Source of the DNA: an uncultured Rivularia sp.
GTDB lineage: Bacteria > Cyanobacteriota > Cyanobacteriia > Cyanobacteriales > Nostocaceae
Length of the DNA: 64,000 nt
NCBI GenBank assembly: GCA_963665115.1
Contig: OY762007.1
Location: forward strand, 896,001-960,000
Direction: 5' to 3'
Shown: in pieces, positions 9,587 through 21,303 of the stretch
Layout: every line of letters starts with the position of its first letter
How positions within the stretch are numbered: position 1 is the stretch's first letter
Position numbers and translations under genes: made by a program
Notes under the pieces: generated by a model
The model's input: only the letters and a program-made list of their open reading frames with translations
Database searches by the model: none
What the model was told of the DNA's origin: nothing

Positions 9587-12049
9587 TCACTGTTCACTGT
9601 TCAATACTTCCTTAACCACATCACTCATCGGATGTAATTTGTCTTCAAAATCCAATGATATTTCACATCTAGTCAACGGAAACGGTTCTAACATTTTGCC
9701 ATCTTCCCAACTTTCCAATCGCCACCAAAGAGTTTGAACAATTATTTCTTTACCATCTACTATTTCAAAAGTTATTTCACCAACGTTGTTTAAACCAACA
9801 ATTTCTGTACCGTGTCCTTTCTTGCTAAGATATTCACGATAGTTTTTCGCCATTGACAAGTATTTTTCTAAAGCTTGTTTGCGGTTTTCTCCCGGTAGTG
9901 GAGCAATGACAGAAGTCGCTTCTTGGTTTTCGATTTTTGGTTTTTCTAATCCTTCGTCTTGAGATGCAAGGAAATCAATTCGATACCACCATTCTGGTTT
10001 TTTAGTAATTTCTAATTTCCGAAACATATTTCTTTGTTTCACTAAATCAATTGTCCCTGGAATACCTTTAATTTTCAAAGGGGTGCGCTGAAATATATCT
10101 TCCACAAGAAGACTCATATTACCAATAACAACTTCTTTTTCTTGTTTATTTTCCCATCCCAATACTTCTGCCGTTGGTAAATCGCTATTTACTCGAATCG
10201 GAATAAAACCTTGTCTGTGTGCCGAATGACTTCCACCTATTCCCCCGACTTCATTTTTAATCGAACTACTAGTTAATTGAGCAATTACTAATTTCGAGTT
10301 AACGAATTCGGGACTTTCAAAAGGATGTGTTGCCGAATATTGCAAACGCGCACCAAAACCATAGTGAACATCCCCAGATAAAAATACTACACGACTTTGA
10401 GAATTAGGTAATGCTCGTAATGCTAATCTAGCAATCATTCTTTCAAAAGCCGTTTTATTTAATGCCCAAGCTTCCGTATCAAAACCCCAAGCCGCATTAC
10501 CGATTTTCTCGTAAAAAGTTTTGGCGATTTTTTGTAGGTTTTCTATATAAGGTACTCCGATAAAAGGACCTGGGGAAATCACAAAACTAACTTCAGTATC
10601 ATCTTTACGCAGTTGTTTTGTTATTTGTTCGTCGTAACCTTCCTTACTTATAAGCGCGGGAAAATCAAATTCCTTACCGGGGAATTCCCGCCAAGTGCGC
10701 GTATCAAGTACTATAACTTCATAACCGGGGCCATTAACTATATAGTGCCAATTTAACGCTACATCCGAATGAGGTAATTTTTGTGAATTTTGTTGAATAT
10801 CTGCAACGCTAGGCAAACCAACTCGTCGAGCAATCTGTTCCTCAAATATTTTATTTTCACCACCACCGATACTCCAAGCCACAGCAGCTTTGAGTAATTC
10901 TTCACCATTTGTACCTTTTTCAAACTGTTCTGGTGTATTACCCCAAGCCTGACAAATAGCACAAGCGAGCATACCATTTTGCAATATCCGTTTTCCCAAA
11001 GGCTTATCGAGAATGCGGGAACACCAAGCCATATTCAAATACCAATCGTCGGTAATTTCGTGGTCGTCGAATATCATGTAGGTAGGAATATTCGCCAAAG
11101 CACGTCTTACACTTTTGAGAGTTGACCAAAATTCCTTAATATATCCAATTTCTCGTTCGTAAGCTTTTCTTGGATCGTTTTTAGCTTCCCTATGTTCCGA
11201 ATTCACATCATTAAAATCGGGAAAAAATTCGGGTTCAACCCACAATACATTACTCCAAGCAAATAAATGCATCGCCAAATATTCCCCGAAGGTAAATAAA
11301 TGACTTTCCGCAAGATCGGTTAGGTTATTTAATTTACCAATACTTGCCGTTAAACCAGCCGTTTTAGTTGCTAAATTATTACGTTTTCCCGGCTTTAATT
11401 CTTCCAAATGTTCAACATCCGGTAATTTTTCCGACCATCCCAAAAGCGTTTCACTGGCATCCATCAACATAAAAAGTAATACATCAGCGACATCATCAGC
11501 ATAAATTTGGTCGCCAGTTAAAAACAGTTGGTGCGGTCGCTTTTTGGGTTCTATTTGTAACGCTTCTTCGATCATTTTGTCCACAGCAGCAAGCGCATCT
11601 AAGCTTTCACCGTGGGGTTTGCGGCAAGAACCATGAATAATGCGTAAATCTCTTAAATCGCTAGGAGGTAAAGCAAAAGAAGGCAATGTATATTGAGGAT
11701 AAGTAATATCTTGAAGCGAACCATCCGCAGTTAATATACCAGGACTGCTAAGTAATTCACCATTACCAAAATGTAAATCGTAGAGATAATTTTCACCACT
11801 AATAAGTATATTTGAGGAAGCCTTGGCAGTCACAGCAACAACGTGTAAATTGATGCCAATTCTTGCCGTAGTTCTAGTACTTTCAAATAAGAAATTATGG
11901 TTTTCATCAAATATGGTTAAAGTGACATGACGATTTGCTTTTAAAGCCACCCATACAGTTACAGAATCGGGTTCCGTGCGTCGTAAAATTGGTCCAGCAA
12001 GAACTAAAGGTAGTTCATTAATACGTTGTCTTAATGGTGTCCATCCCAT
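9587..12049 (-). CDS. PhoD-like (alkaline phosphatase D family) metallophosphoesterase with no obvious signal peptide
   Basis: HGSCRKPH, GDQIYADDV, IFDDHEITDDW, LDTRT and LSGDVHY motifs. Confidence 0.85.
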   Translation of the reverse strand: MGWTPLRQRINELPLVLAGPILRRTEPDSVTVWVALKANRHVTLTIFDENHNFLFESTRTTARIGINLHVVAVTAKASSNILISGENYLYDLHFGNGELLSSPGILTADGSLQDITYPQYTLPSFALPPSDLRDLRIIHGSCRKPHGESLDALAAVDKMIEEALQIEPKKRPHQLFLTGDQIYADDVADVLLFMLMDASETLLGWSEKLPDVEHLEELKPGKRNNLATKTAGLTASIGKLNNLTDLAESHLFTFGEYLAMHLFAWSNVLWVEPEFFPDFNDVNSEHREAKNDPRKAYEREIGYIKEFWSTLKSVRRALANIPTYMIFDDHEITDDWYLNMAWCSRILDKPLGKRILQNGMLACAICQAWGNTPEQFEKGTNGEELLKAAVAWSIGGGENKIFEEQIARRVGLPSVADIQQNSQKLPHSDVALNWHYIVNGPGYEVIVLDTRTWREFPGKEFDFPALISKEGYDEQITKQLRKDDTEVSFVISPGPFIGVPYIENLQKIAKTFYEKIGNAAWGFDTEAWALNKTAFERMIARLALRALPNSQSRVVFLSGDVHYGFGARLQYSATHPFESPEFVNSKLVIAQLTSSSIKNEVGGIGGSHSAHRQGFIPIRVNSDLPTAEVLGWENKQEKEVVIGNMSLLVEDIFQRTPLKIKGIPGTIDLVKQRNMFRKLEITKKPEWWYRIDFLASQDEGLEKPKIENQEATSVIAPLPGENRKQALEKYLSMAKNYREYLSKKGHGTEIVGLNNVGEITFEIVDGKEIIVQTLWWRLESWEDGKMLEPFPLTRCEISLDFEDKLHPMSDVVKEVLNSEQ

Positions 12050-12173
12050 TTAACTTTTGCCCCATCTACAGCCTTCTTTTATTGTTATAACGGGTTTGGG
12101 TTAAGAAGGGATATTTGATTTGAATTTTTCGGCGATTATCTTTTGGGGGATAGAATTTTATATTAGGGAAAAA

Positions 12174-12227
12174 TACCTGGCGGTTAAAACCGCGTCTACA
12201 CAAACGAAACCCACCTGCGTGGGTTAA
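12174..12227. repeat. ~54-bp two-hairpin dispersed repeat (further copies at 13321-13374 and 13399-13453)
   Basis: tacctggcggttaaaaccgcgtctacacaaacgaaacccacctgcgtgggttaa recurs with few changes. Confidence 0.8.
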
Positions 12228-12247
12228 TTATTGGTAGGATTTAGATT

Positions 12248-12493
12248 ATGCATAAAATTACAATTATTTTAGAAGACGAAATTTTTCAATTTATAGATTC
12301 TCAAGCAAAAGGCGTTCAAGGCGCTAGCGTTGCGGGTAATCGCAGTGCCTACATAAATGCAGTTTTAGCAAAACATCGTCGCTGTAGTTTAGAATTACAA
12401 ATGATTACGGCTCTACAAAGGGATGCTCAAGACTGCGAATACCAAGCTGAAATTGCTGCTTGGGATAATGTTGTAGAAGATGGGATTGTTTAA
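12248..12493 (+). CDS. CopG/RHH MazE-like antitoxin with no adjacent toxin
   Basis: KITIILED..FQFID, NRSAYINA.L and the C-terminal EIAAWD...DG typical of cyanobacterial antitoxins that precede PemK/MazF. Confidence 0.7.
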   Translation: MHKITIILEDEIFQFIDSQAKGVQGASVAGNRSAYINAVLAKHRRCSLELQMITALQRDAQDCEYQAEIAAWDNVVEDGIV

Positions 12494-12664
12494 TATAGCC
12501 CACACTCTCGTCTTGAAATTAATTTCAAGGCTCATATACAAAGTACGTTGGAAACGCACTAAAAGCCTTACCCAGTCTGATTCATCAGACTTTGTTTTTA
12601 AGCCTGGGAATTTATTCCAAGGCGGTTGTGAAGGCTAATTTAACAAACCACAATAATTAAACCT

Positions 12665-13303
12665 ATGGCAATTCTCCAGAGCAAAAATTTATCAATAGGA
12701 GATATCCACCGTCTTTTCAACTATCAAAGACAATACAATGATTCATTCACATCATTATTATCTCTAGAGCCTTTAACCGAAGTTGAACGACAAGAAATAT
12801 TACAAATTCGCACGGATTTTGATAATTACATTATAGAAAGTAAAGTATTAGAAGGATTAGTAAAAGCGTTAACAGTCTTTCCATTAATGCGATTAGCTGG
12901 CTTTTATCGTTCTCCCATCAAAATTGCTTTAGAAGAAAATATTGCCGATATAGTTATTGAAGACGAAGATACAAAAGTTACAGGTAGACTGGATATTTTA
13001 GCTGTTAATAAAGCAAAGTTGAACTCAGCTAAATCATATTTTTGGGTTTTGGTAATTGAATCAAAGAACAGCGGTATTGATGTATTCGAGGGTTTACCGC
13101 AATTACTCTCTTATGCATATGACTGTTTAGAACATCAAAAATCAGTTTGGGGTTTGACTACTAACGGAAGGGAATATCAATTTGTGTATATTCAACAGGG
13201 AAATCCTCCGATATATCAGTTAATGCCATCATTAAATTTGATGGAATCTCAGCGAGCGGTTGAATTGTTGCAGGTTTTGAAAGCGATTTGTGAGTTGGGT
13301 TGA
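12665..13303 (+). CDS. PD-(D/E)XK-fold protein, HsdR N-terminal-like cyanobacterial family
   Basis: GRLDILAV, VIESK, GLPQLLSYAY and GLTTNG motifs. Confidence 0.75.
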   Translation: MAILQSKNLSIGDIHRLFNYQRQYNDSFTSLLSLEPLTEVERQEILQIRTDFDNYIIESKVLEGLVKALTVFPLMRLAGFYRSPIKIALEENIADIVIEDEDTKVTGRLDILAVNKAKLNSAKSYFWVLVIESKNSGIDVFEGLPQLLSYAYDCLEHQKSVWGLTTNGREYQFVYIQQGNPPIYQLMPSLNLMESQRAVELLQVLKAICELG

Positions 13304-13659
13304 GATTCTATTGTTTGTTTTACCTGGCGGTTGAAACCGCTGCTACACAAACGAAACCCGCCTGCGCGGGTTAATAAATCAGCGTAAGTTTTTGATTTTA
13401 CCTGGCGAATAGAATTCACGGCTACACAGGCAAAACCCACCTGCGTGGGTTAATAAATCAGCGGTGTAAAAACAAATATAAATAGGTTTACGTAAAGCCC
13501 CCCTTTGTAAGGGGGGTTGGGGGGATCTCCATGTTTAGAACACAATATTTACCATTGTCGCTGTGTAATTTCATCGCTACAACCTGGGAAGAATAATAAG
13601 AGAAATTCTCACAACCACAAAAGTCAAAGTTGTTATTTTGGCTCGCTTTTATAAAACCA

Positions 13660-14590
13660 ATGAAAATCCAACCCACAGCAATCCTAGCCATATTTGTTAT
13701 CTTCCTATCCGCTTGTCAGGATTGCGATGCTAAAAAAACCTACAACTCTAACCATCTCAAACGACTACTAAAAACAAAAAAATGTCCCAAATGCGACTTA
13801 AGCGGTGCTGATTTGAGTAATGCCGATTTAGCAGGAGCTGACTTACGAGGTGCGGAATTATCAGCAGCTAAGTTAGATGGAGCCAATTTGAGTAATGCCG
13901 ATTTAACTGGTGCGGAATTGAGGTGGAGAGATGATGTTGGCGATAAAGGGAAAATGGGTATTGCAGAAATTGGTGATTTTAGCTGCAACGTTACTTATGA
14001 AGCAACGCTTATAGGAGTTAACTTACAGGGAGCTAAATTAGCTGGTGTGAATTTTTATTATTTGGATTTGAGCGGTGCTAATTTGAGTAATGCTAATTTA
14101 GAGGGAGCGAATCTTAGAGCAGCTGAAACTGGAAAAAGATAACTTAGAACGAGCTAATTTAAGAAGGGCTAATTTGAAGAGCATAGGATTAAGTAATGCT
14201 AACCTAAAAAAGGCTAATTTGACTGGTGCTAATCTTCATAATAGTAGACTATATGATGCTGATTTTACACAAGCAAATCTTAGCAGAGCTAATTTAAGTT
14301 ACGCTACAATGTTTGACACTATTTTAATAAAAGCAAAACTAAAAGGTAGTAATTTATTTAATGCCTACTTACTGAGGACTTTTCTTAAAGATACAGATTT
14401 AAACGGGGCAAATTTAAGGGATGCTAGTTTACGAAACGCCTATTTAATAGGTGCTAATTTACAAAAAATTCAATACGATTCTACAACTAAATGGATAGAT
14501 ATTTATTACGACGAAAAGACAATTTTCCCATCTGGATTTGACGAAAATATAAAAAAACAAATGCTGTTGTGGAAAGAAAATTCTAGATAG
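13660..14590 (+). CDS. Pentapeptide-repeat lipoprotein; apparent +1 frameshift
   Basis: Lipobox LSAC, C..CDL and A(D/N)Lxx repeats. Removing one A at 14126-14128 restores ANLRA-AELEK-DNLER-ANLRR and joins the two ORFs. Confidence 0.85.
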
Positions 14591-14679
14591 TTTCAATTTA
14601 GAAAGAAAAATAATTGTTATTATCGGTTTTATAAAAATCAAAAATTATCTATATAAACATGATGCGTTAATGCGCTCAA

Positions 14680-14802
14680 TCACCCTCACTCTAGAAGAGT
14701 GGGGCTATCGGAACAAAGCCCACCTTCGTGGGCTAAATTAGTCGTATTAGCCCACGAAGGTGGGCTTCGTAAATGTAGCCCCAGGCTTCTAGCCTGCGGG
14801 CG
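14680..14802. repeat. Inverted pair of palindromic REP-like units (REPIN/BIME-like)
   Basis: agcccaccttcgtgggctaa...ttagcccacgaaggtgggct with outer hairpins, between convergent genes. Confidence 0.75.
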
Positions 14803-14832
14803 ATTAAGTTGTTTAAGAGAATTCGCAATTAC

Positions 14833-15858
14833 CTAATACCGAATCCTCGGATCTACATAAGCATTCAAAATATCAATCAAAATACTCGCTCCAACAACAA
14901 TTGTCCCGAAAAATATCATGATTCCCTGCACGGTGGGATAATCCCTTTCGCTAATTCCCTGAAACAATCTATTCGCTAATCCCGGCCAAGAAAATGTTAC
15001 TTCGGTTAAAACGGCTCCACCAAGTAACGATGCAAAAGTTAATCCCAAAACCGTAATCACGGGAATCAATGCATTTCTCAAAGCATGAGAAAACAATATC
15101 TTTCTTTCTTGAATCCCTCTCGCTCTTGCTGCTTCCACATAATCCGACTGCATGGTTTGCTGTAAATTAACCCGCACAATCCGCTCGAAAATACCGCTGA
15201 GTAATATTCCCAAGGTACAGCAAGGCAATATCAGATATTGTATAGCTGTAAAAAACTGACCAAAATTACCGCTTAAAAGACTATCTATTGTATATAAACC
15301 AGTAAAACCTTCTGGAGAACCCATAGTTGCTGGAAAACGAGTTCCCAAAGGAAACCAACCCAACCAAACGGCGAAGATTAACTGTAGTATCATTCCCGCC
15401 CAAAACATTGGCAGAGCATAAGTAATAGTACCGAACAATCTTCCGCCCAAATCCAGCGCTGTACCCGGACGAGAAGCTGAAATAGTACCAACACCAATAC
15501 CAACAACCAGAGCAACTATAATCGCAAATATTGCTAATTCTGCCGTTGCTGGGAAATACTGCCAAATAATCTCCCAAACTTTCTGTCCGCGACTAGTTGT
15601 AGATTCGCCCATATCGAAGACAAGCAATTTACCTAAATAATTAAAATATTGCAGCCACAAAGGTAAATCTAAACCTAATTGCGTCCGTAATTCTTCCTTC
15701 GCACTTTCCGGCGCACGTCCACCTAAAATAGCATCAACCGGATCTCCAGGAGTCGCTCTTAGTAATAGGAAAACGATAGTAACAATAGTCAGAATTTGCA
15801 GCGGAGCCAGCAACAAACGAGTAGTAACGTAATACGCTAAAGCTTTTGAACGGGACAT
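14833..15858 (-). CDS. Peptide/nickel ABC transporter permease (DppB/OppB family)
   Basis: PGDPV, LGLDLPLWLQY, DYVEAARARG (EAA loop), RNALIPVIT and VDPRIRY. Confidence 0.93.
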   Translation of the reverse strand: MSRSKALAYYVTTRLLLAPLQILTIVTIVFLLLRATPGDPVDAILGGRAPESAKEELRTQLGLDLPLWLQYFNYLGKLLVFDMGESTTSRGQKVWEIIWQYFPATAELAIFAIIVALVVGIGVGTISASRPGTALDLGGRLFGTITYALPMFWAGMILQLIFAVWLGWFPLGTRFPATMGSPEGFTGLYTIDSLLSGNFGQFFTAIQYLILPCCTLGILLSGIFERIVRVNLQQTMQSDYVEAARARGIQERKILFSHALRNALIPVITVLGLTFASLLGGAVLTEVTFSWPGLANRLFQGISERDYPTVQGIMIFFGTIVVGASILIDILNAYVDPRIRY

Positions 15859-16168
15859 GATTTAAATTATATAAATGGGCATGGGGCATTGGGCATTGGG
15901 CATTGGGCATTGGGCATTGGTAATTGGATACTTATTTTTTGAAAATATTAATTGGTTATCTGGCGTTATATGTAAAGGGAGCAAGATGCTCCCACTACGA
16001 TATATTTAAATATTCCAATTTTATTCAGTCCTCTTTTAGAGGACTTTCGCTATTAGACGGCGGTTTGCAACCGTCGGCGAGATGGGGTTTTACGAAATGA
16101 AAAAATATTGAGAAAAATAAATTTTCTCATTCCCAATGCCCAATCCCCCATGCCCAATTCCCAATTCT

Positions 16169-17807
16169 TTATTTCTTAATATTCCGATATATCAAATTTT
16201 GGGTAGCATCTAATCCCACACCAGTAATTCCGTTTTGAGCAAATACATAATCTTTACTTTGCCATAAAGGAACGTAAGGTACTTCTTTAGCTAATATTTC
16301 TTGAATTTCTGCAAAGATTTGCTTCCGTTTTTCAGGATCTTGTTCTTCTCGTTCTTCCTTAATTAATTGGTTCATTTGCTGACTGTAGAAGAAAGAACCT
16401 TGACTCTGACTTCCTCCTTCAATGCATCCTTTTTCTACAGAACCTTTTTCACAAGATAAAAATGGCTGAATATAATTATCTGCATCTAAATAATCGGGAT
16501 ACCAATCGAGTAAAAATGCTGGATATAAACCTTTACGAATGTTTTTGAAAGCGGATGTCGATTCTACTGTATTAACATCAAATACCAGCATTCCATCCAT
16601 TGTTTTCTTCGCAATAGCTTTCAACACCAAAGCTGTTAAACTACGAGTTGCCGAACTTGAAGGATACCAAATTTCTACTACTGCGGGATTATCTTTAGAA
16701 AAACCTGCTTTTTTCAATAATTCTTTGGCTCTTTCGGAATTCCCTCCTTTACCGTATTTTTCTTTAAATACTGGTTTGTAAACATCAAAGGTTGTCGGAA
16801 TCATACTATAAACTTCTTCTGCTTGACCGTATAATACCCTGTCATATATTAATTTACGGTCAATCATTGCGGCGATCGCCTGTCTCACTTCGGGTATATC
16901 TAAGGGTTTTTGGTTGCGGTTGAGCGTCAAATAACTAACCACGCTACCTTCGTTGGGAATTGCTAACCATTTACCTTCCCTTGACATTTTTTCCAAACTG
17001 GTAATTTGGTCTGGATCTAAAGCAACGTAAGCAACATCTACGCCTTGTTTGCGGAAATTATTGTACAAATTCACTCCACTGCTAAGAATCTGCACGGTAA
17101 CGCCATTATTAGCGGGTTTTTCTCCCCAATATTTCTCGAATACATCAAATATCAGCGAATCTGTGCCAAATTTAGTTAATTTATAAGGGCCAGTTCCAAT
17201 AAACTTATTTGGCTCAAACTTCCCTTCACCTATTTCATAAGCTTCGGGAGAAAGCGCGGGAAACTCCAGCAAAAGCCAGCAATGAAGTAAATGCTGCAAA
17301 GGGCTGTTTTAATTTAATTGTTAATTCATATTCTCCCGTGGCTTTGAGTGACTCCACGCTATCGGAGAGTAAGAAAGATGGCTTACCTTTATTTTCGATA
17401 AAGCGACGCAAACTAAACTCCATAGCCTTTGCATCGAACTTCGTACCGTCGTGAAAAACCACACCTTCACGTATAGGAATAGTATAAGTTAAACCATCAT
17501 CGCTAACTGTAGGTAACGCCGTAGCCAATTCCGGCTTAATTTCGGTACTTCCAGGTGGGTAAGTGTAAAGGCGATCGCTCATGTTGTAAACCAGCGCAAG
17601 CGAAGCTAATTCGTAAGCATCTGCCGGATCGAGAGTACGCGGTTTTGCCGTTGTACCGATAGTAATCCGACCATTTCCAGAAGCAGAAGCTGACGGATTA
17701 ACCCGATTGCTAGCACAACTAGAAACCAGCAAAACACACATACATAACAGGGAGAATAACAATCTAATTCGCCCCCACTGTCTTACAGATAAGGAAAACA
17801 AACTCAT
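16169..17807 (-). CDS. Family 5 ABC substrate-binding lipoprotein (DppA/OppA-like); apparent +1 frameshift
   Basis: Lipobox VSSC, TLDPAD, FHDGT.FDA and IGTGPYKL. The two ORFs join if one base is removed at about 17258-17263. Confidence 0.9.
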
Positions 17808-18214
17808 AACATTAAGTATTAGATTGGTAAATAAAAATAAGCGGTGAGATATTTTACTATATGTTTGGCAATATCTCTACGTTTATTTCAGGTTAAAAGT
17901 TAGGAGTTAGAAATTAGTTATTTTTCCCTTAGTCCCTAATCCCCAAATTTCCAAATAAAAAATATTAAAAGCAAAAAAACCAAAGAAATTTATCTTAAAC
18001 TACTAATTTGATGGCAAGAGGTTTGATAAGCTTTCCTCGGGTCTTAGTTTTAGATTGAAACTGTATGAGTAGTGGTTGAGAAGTCGCCTCGTCAGTAAAA
18101 TGGGCGTGCAAATACAAATTAATACTGGGTTCTAGGGAGCAAAGGCAGCGATCGCCCCAAACCTTTGACCTCTCTCTTTGACCTGTTATTTAACTCTTGA
18201 TTGGGATATTAAAC

Positions 18215-18550
18215 GTGAAATATTTTTTCTTGTCCGATGGTTGGAAGATCGGTAGAGTATGGGCTTTTGATGGACTGTGGCAAGTATCAGCATGGCGAAG
18301 ACATCCAGAAATTGAACGATTAAATCTTTGCCTGGTGGAAGACGAGGAGGTGATGTGGCTTTATCAAGTTGAAGAAGCTATTGTCACAGTGGAAGTTCAA
18401 CCAGTATTATCTGTACCCAGAGACACACCACTTCAAAATATCGGTCAAGTCGTTTTAAAGCGTCTCATTAGCGCCGAACAGGTGATTGAACGTTTGGGAA
18501 ATGCTTCTGCTAAATGCCTATTGCAAGATATGCACTCAGTTGTAAAGTGA
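18215..18550 (+). CDS. Conserved cyanobacterial hypothetical protein
   Basis: GTG start, MKYFFLSDGWKIGRVW...IGQVVLKRLISAEQVI; the family is recognised from memory only. Confidence 0.65.
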   Translation: MKYFFLSDGWKIGRVWAFDGLWQVSAWRRHPEIERLNLCLVEDEEVMWLYQVEEAIVTVEVQPVLSVPRDTPLQNIGQVVLKRLISAEQVIERLGNASAKCLLQDMHSVVK

Positions 18551-19414
18551 CAAGGGAACGCCGGATCTGGGAACAGGGAAAGGTTATATAACTAAGCTGT
18601 AAATATATACATAATGCAGGCTTGAGTACTTCATTGGGTGCATCATCAAATCCCCTTCATTGAAAATCTTTTTGCTTCTTCTTAAAAGAAGAAGGCTATC
18701 CAAAATTAAATAGCTAAGAAAGGAGATTTCGCGATCTCAAACATTTTTAGTTTTTTATACATTACTTTAAGTAAAAATACTTTTATTAAACATAATTATA
18801 TAAAATTGTTTTTTTATGAGAGAAGTGATGAAAAATAACACTTCTATAGGCTACATCGACTCATATTAGAAGTTACTTTTAAGTATTATCATATTTGCTG
18901 CTGTTACCATATATCGGTATCAAGGCTGCTGTTAACACTCTTGCAAACAGTTCCATCAATAGTTAAAATTTTTAACAATCTTGACTTTTACTGTCTCACA
19001 TCTCACCCTCCTCGGGGAATGTGAGATCGGAGTGGAGGTAGAATTTATAGTATATATAGTATGTGGGTATAACCCAATAAATGCTTACCGCAGCCCACAA
19101 ACTCAAAAAACAAATCCGATCAAAAGACCGTGGGGCACACGGCTTTAAAGCTCAGTAAATGTCCTCATAAAGGAGTCACTGAGAAGCCTAAATCATAATG
19201 ATCTATGGTTTGATGAAGGTATGTCACAACATTCTCATTTTCACATGGCAATTTAGACCTATATGAAAATAATTTCATTAATGGGTTGTACCGTGTTAAA
19301 AGACTGCGTTTCTTTTTTATTAAGACGCGCTTAGTGCGAAAATCAAGTTTGCTAATAACAAAAACCCATTCCGAAAAGTTTGTAAACATAATTCATCTAG
19401 GAGGAGCGTAGTCA

Positions 19415-20944
19415 ATGGGACTACCCTGGTACCGAGTACATACAGTCGTTCTGAACGATCCAGGACGGCTTATTTCTGTACATTTAATGCACACAGCCTT
19501 GGTAGCTGGCTGGGCTGGTTCGATGGCTTTATACGAACTAGCTATTTTCGATCCTTCAGACGCTGTACTAAACCCAATGTGGCGACAAGGGATGTTTGTA
19601 CTTCCCTTCATGGCACGTTTAGGAGTTGTCGAATCTTGGGGCGGTTGGAGCGTTACTGGCAATCCTACTGGCGACCCTGGTTTTTGGTCTTTTGAAGGTG
19701 TAGCAGCAGCTCACATCGTTCTTTCTGGTTTGTTGTTCTTAGCTGCCGTTTGGCACTGGGTTTATTGGGATTTGGAATTATTCCAAGATCCTCGTACTGG
19801 CGAACCTGCTTTGGATTTACCAAAAATGTTTGGTATCCACCTTTTCTTATCCGGTCTTCTTTGCTTCGGTTTTGGTGCTTTCCACCTCACCGGCTTATTT
19901 GGCCCAGGAATGTGGATTTCTGACCCTTATGGATTAACGGGTCACATTGAAGCAGTAGCCCCGGAATGGGGACCGGCGGGTTTTAACCCGTTCAACCCTG
20001 GTGGAGTTGTAGCTCACCACATCGCTGCTGGTATTGTCGGAATTATTGCTGGTTTGTTCCACTTGACTGTACGACCACCCGAAAGGCTTTATAAAGCACT
20101 ACGGATGGGTAACATCGAAACCGTACTTTCAAGTTCCATTGCAGCAGTATTTTTTGCAGCATTCGTAGTTGCCGGTACCATGTGGTACGGTAGCGCCACA
20201 ACTCCAGTAGAATTATTTGGCCCAACTCGCTATCAATGGGACCAAAATTATTATCATCAAGAAATTGACCGTCGCGTTCAAGCTAGTCTTGCTAATGGTG
20301 AAAGTTTAGATCAAGCTTGGTCGAGAATACCTGAAAAACTTGCGTTCTTCGACTACGTTGGTAATAGCCCCGCAAAAGGTGGTTTATTCCGTACTGGTCA
20401 AATGAACAAAGGTGCGGGGATAGCGGAATCTTGGTTGGGACACCCAGTATTCAAAGATGGTGAAGGTCGCGTATTAGATGTACGTCGTCTTCCTAACTTC
20501 TTTGAAACATTCCCCGTGATTCTCACCGATGCTGATAATGTTATCCGCGCTGATATTCCCTTCCGTCGTGCAGAATCCAAGTACAGTTTCGAGCAAACTG
20601 GTGTAACTGTAAGCTTCTACGGTGGAGATTTAAATGGTCAAACATTTGATGACCCCGTAAAAGTTAAGGAATATGCTCGTAAAGCTCAATTGGGCGAACC
20701 GTTTGAATTCGATACCGAAACCTTGAACTCTGACGGTGTATTCCGTACCAGTCCTAGAGGTTGGTTTACATACGGACACGCTGTATTCGCATTATTGTTC
20801 TTCTTCGGTCACATTTGGCATGGTTCTCGGACAATTTACCGAGATGTATTTGCTGGTGTTGATGCAGACCTCGAAGAACAAGTGGAATGGGGTAGATTCG
20901 CCAAAGTTGGTGACAAAACTACTCGTACAAGAGAAACCGCTTAA
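19415..20944 (+). CDS. psbB: Photosystem II CP47 chlorophyll-binding protein
   Basis: [19 protein letters not shown]..., 509 aa, strong Shine-Dalgarno AGGAGG. Confidence 0.99.
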   Translation: MGLPWYRVHTVVLNDPGRLISVHLMHTALVAGWAGSMALYELAIFDPSDAVLNPMWRQGMFVLPFMARLGVVESWGGWSVTGNPTGDPGFWSFEGVAAAHIVLSGLLFLAAVWHWVYWDLELFQDPRTGEPALDLPKMFGIHLFLSGLLCFGFGAFHLTGLFGPGMWISDPYGLTGHIEAVAPEWGPAGFNPFNPGGVVAHHIAAGIVGIIAGLFHLTVRPPERLYKALRMGNIETVLSSSIAAVFFAAFVVAGTMWYGSATTPVELFGPTRYQWDQNYYHQEIDRRVQASLANGESLDQAWSRIPEKLAFFDYVGNSPAKGGLFRTGQMNKGAGIAESWLGHPVFKDGEGRVLDVRRLPNFFETFPVILTDADNVIRADIPFRRAESKYSFEQTGVTVSFYGGDLNGQTFDDPVKVKEYARKAQLGEPFEFDTETLNSDGVFRTSPRGWFTYGHAVFALLFFFGHIWHGSRTIYRDVFAGVDADLEEQVEWGRFAKVGDKTTRTRETA

Positions 20945-21094
20945 TTACGTTTTAAGCGCCTCTAAGTAAAGAAATGTTAAAAATGGTCGCAAAATAAAAC
21001 TAAAAATCATTATTTGGCTTATTTGCGCGACCATTACCTCCTGTAGCTTGGTACACTAAGATTGCAGGCTGACAGTCAGCAGGAATTTAAAGAT

Positions 21095-21202
21095 ATGGAA
21101 AGCGTTGCATACATTTTGATTTTGGCCCTAGCGATCGGCACCCTGTTTTTTGCGATCGCCTTTCGCGAACCTCCTCGGATTGAAAATAAAGAGGAAAAAT
21201 AA
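21095..21202 (+). CDS. psbT: Photosystem II reaction centre protein T
   Basis: Below the ORF-track cut-off; translates as MESVAYILILALAIGTLFFAIAFREPPRIENKEEK*. Confidence 0.97.
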   Translation: MESVAYILILALAIGTLFFAIAFREPPRIENKEEK

Positions 21203-21259
21203 GAAAACATTTTGTTAATGCCGAAATTTGCGGCAAAATACAAAAATACAAATTATGAT

Positions 21260-21303
21260 TAACCGCTGCTACCGATATTTAAGGGATAGCAGCGGTTATT
21301 TTT
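21260..21303 (+). terminator. Likely rho-independent terminator after psbT
   Basis: aaccgctgcta...tagcagcggtt stem followed by a T run. Confidence 0.65.
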
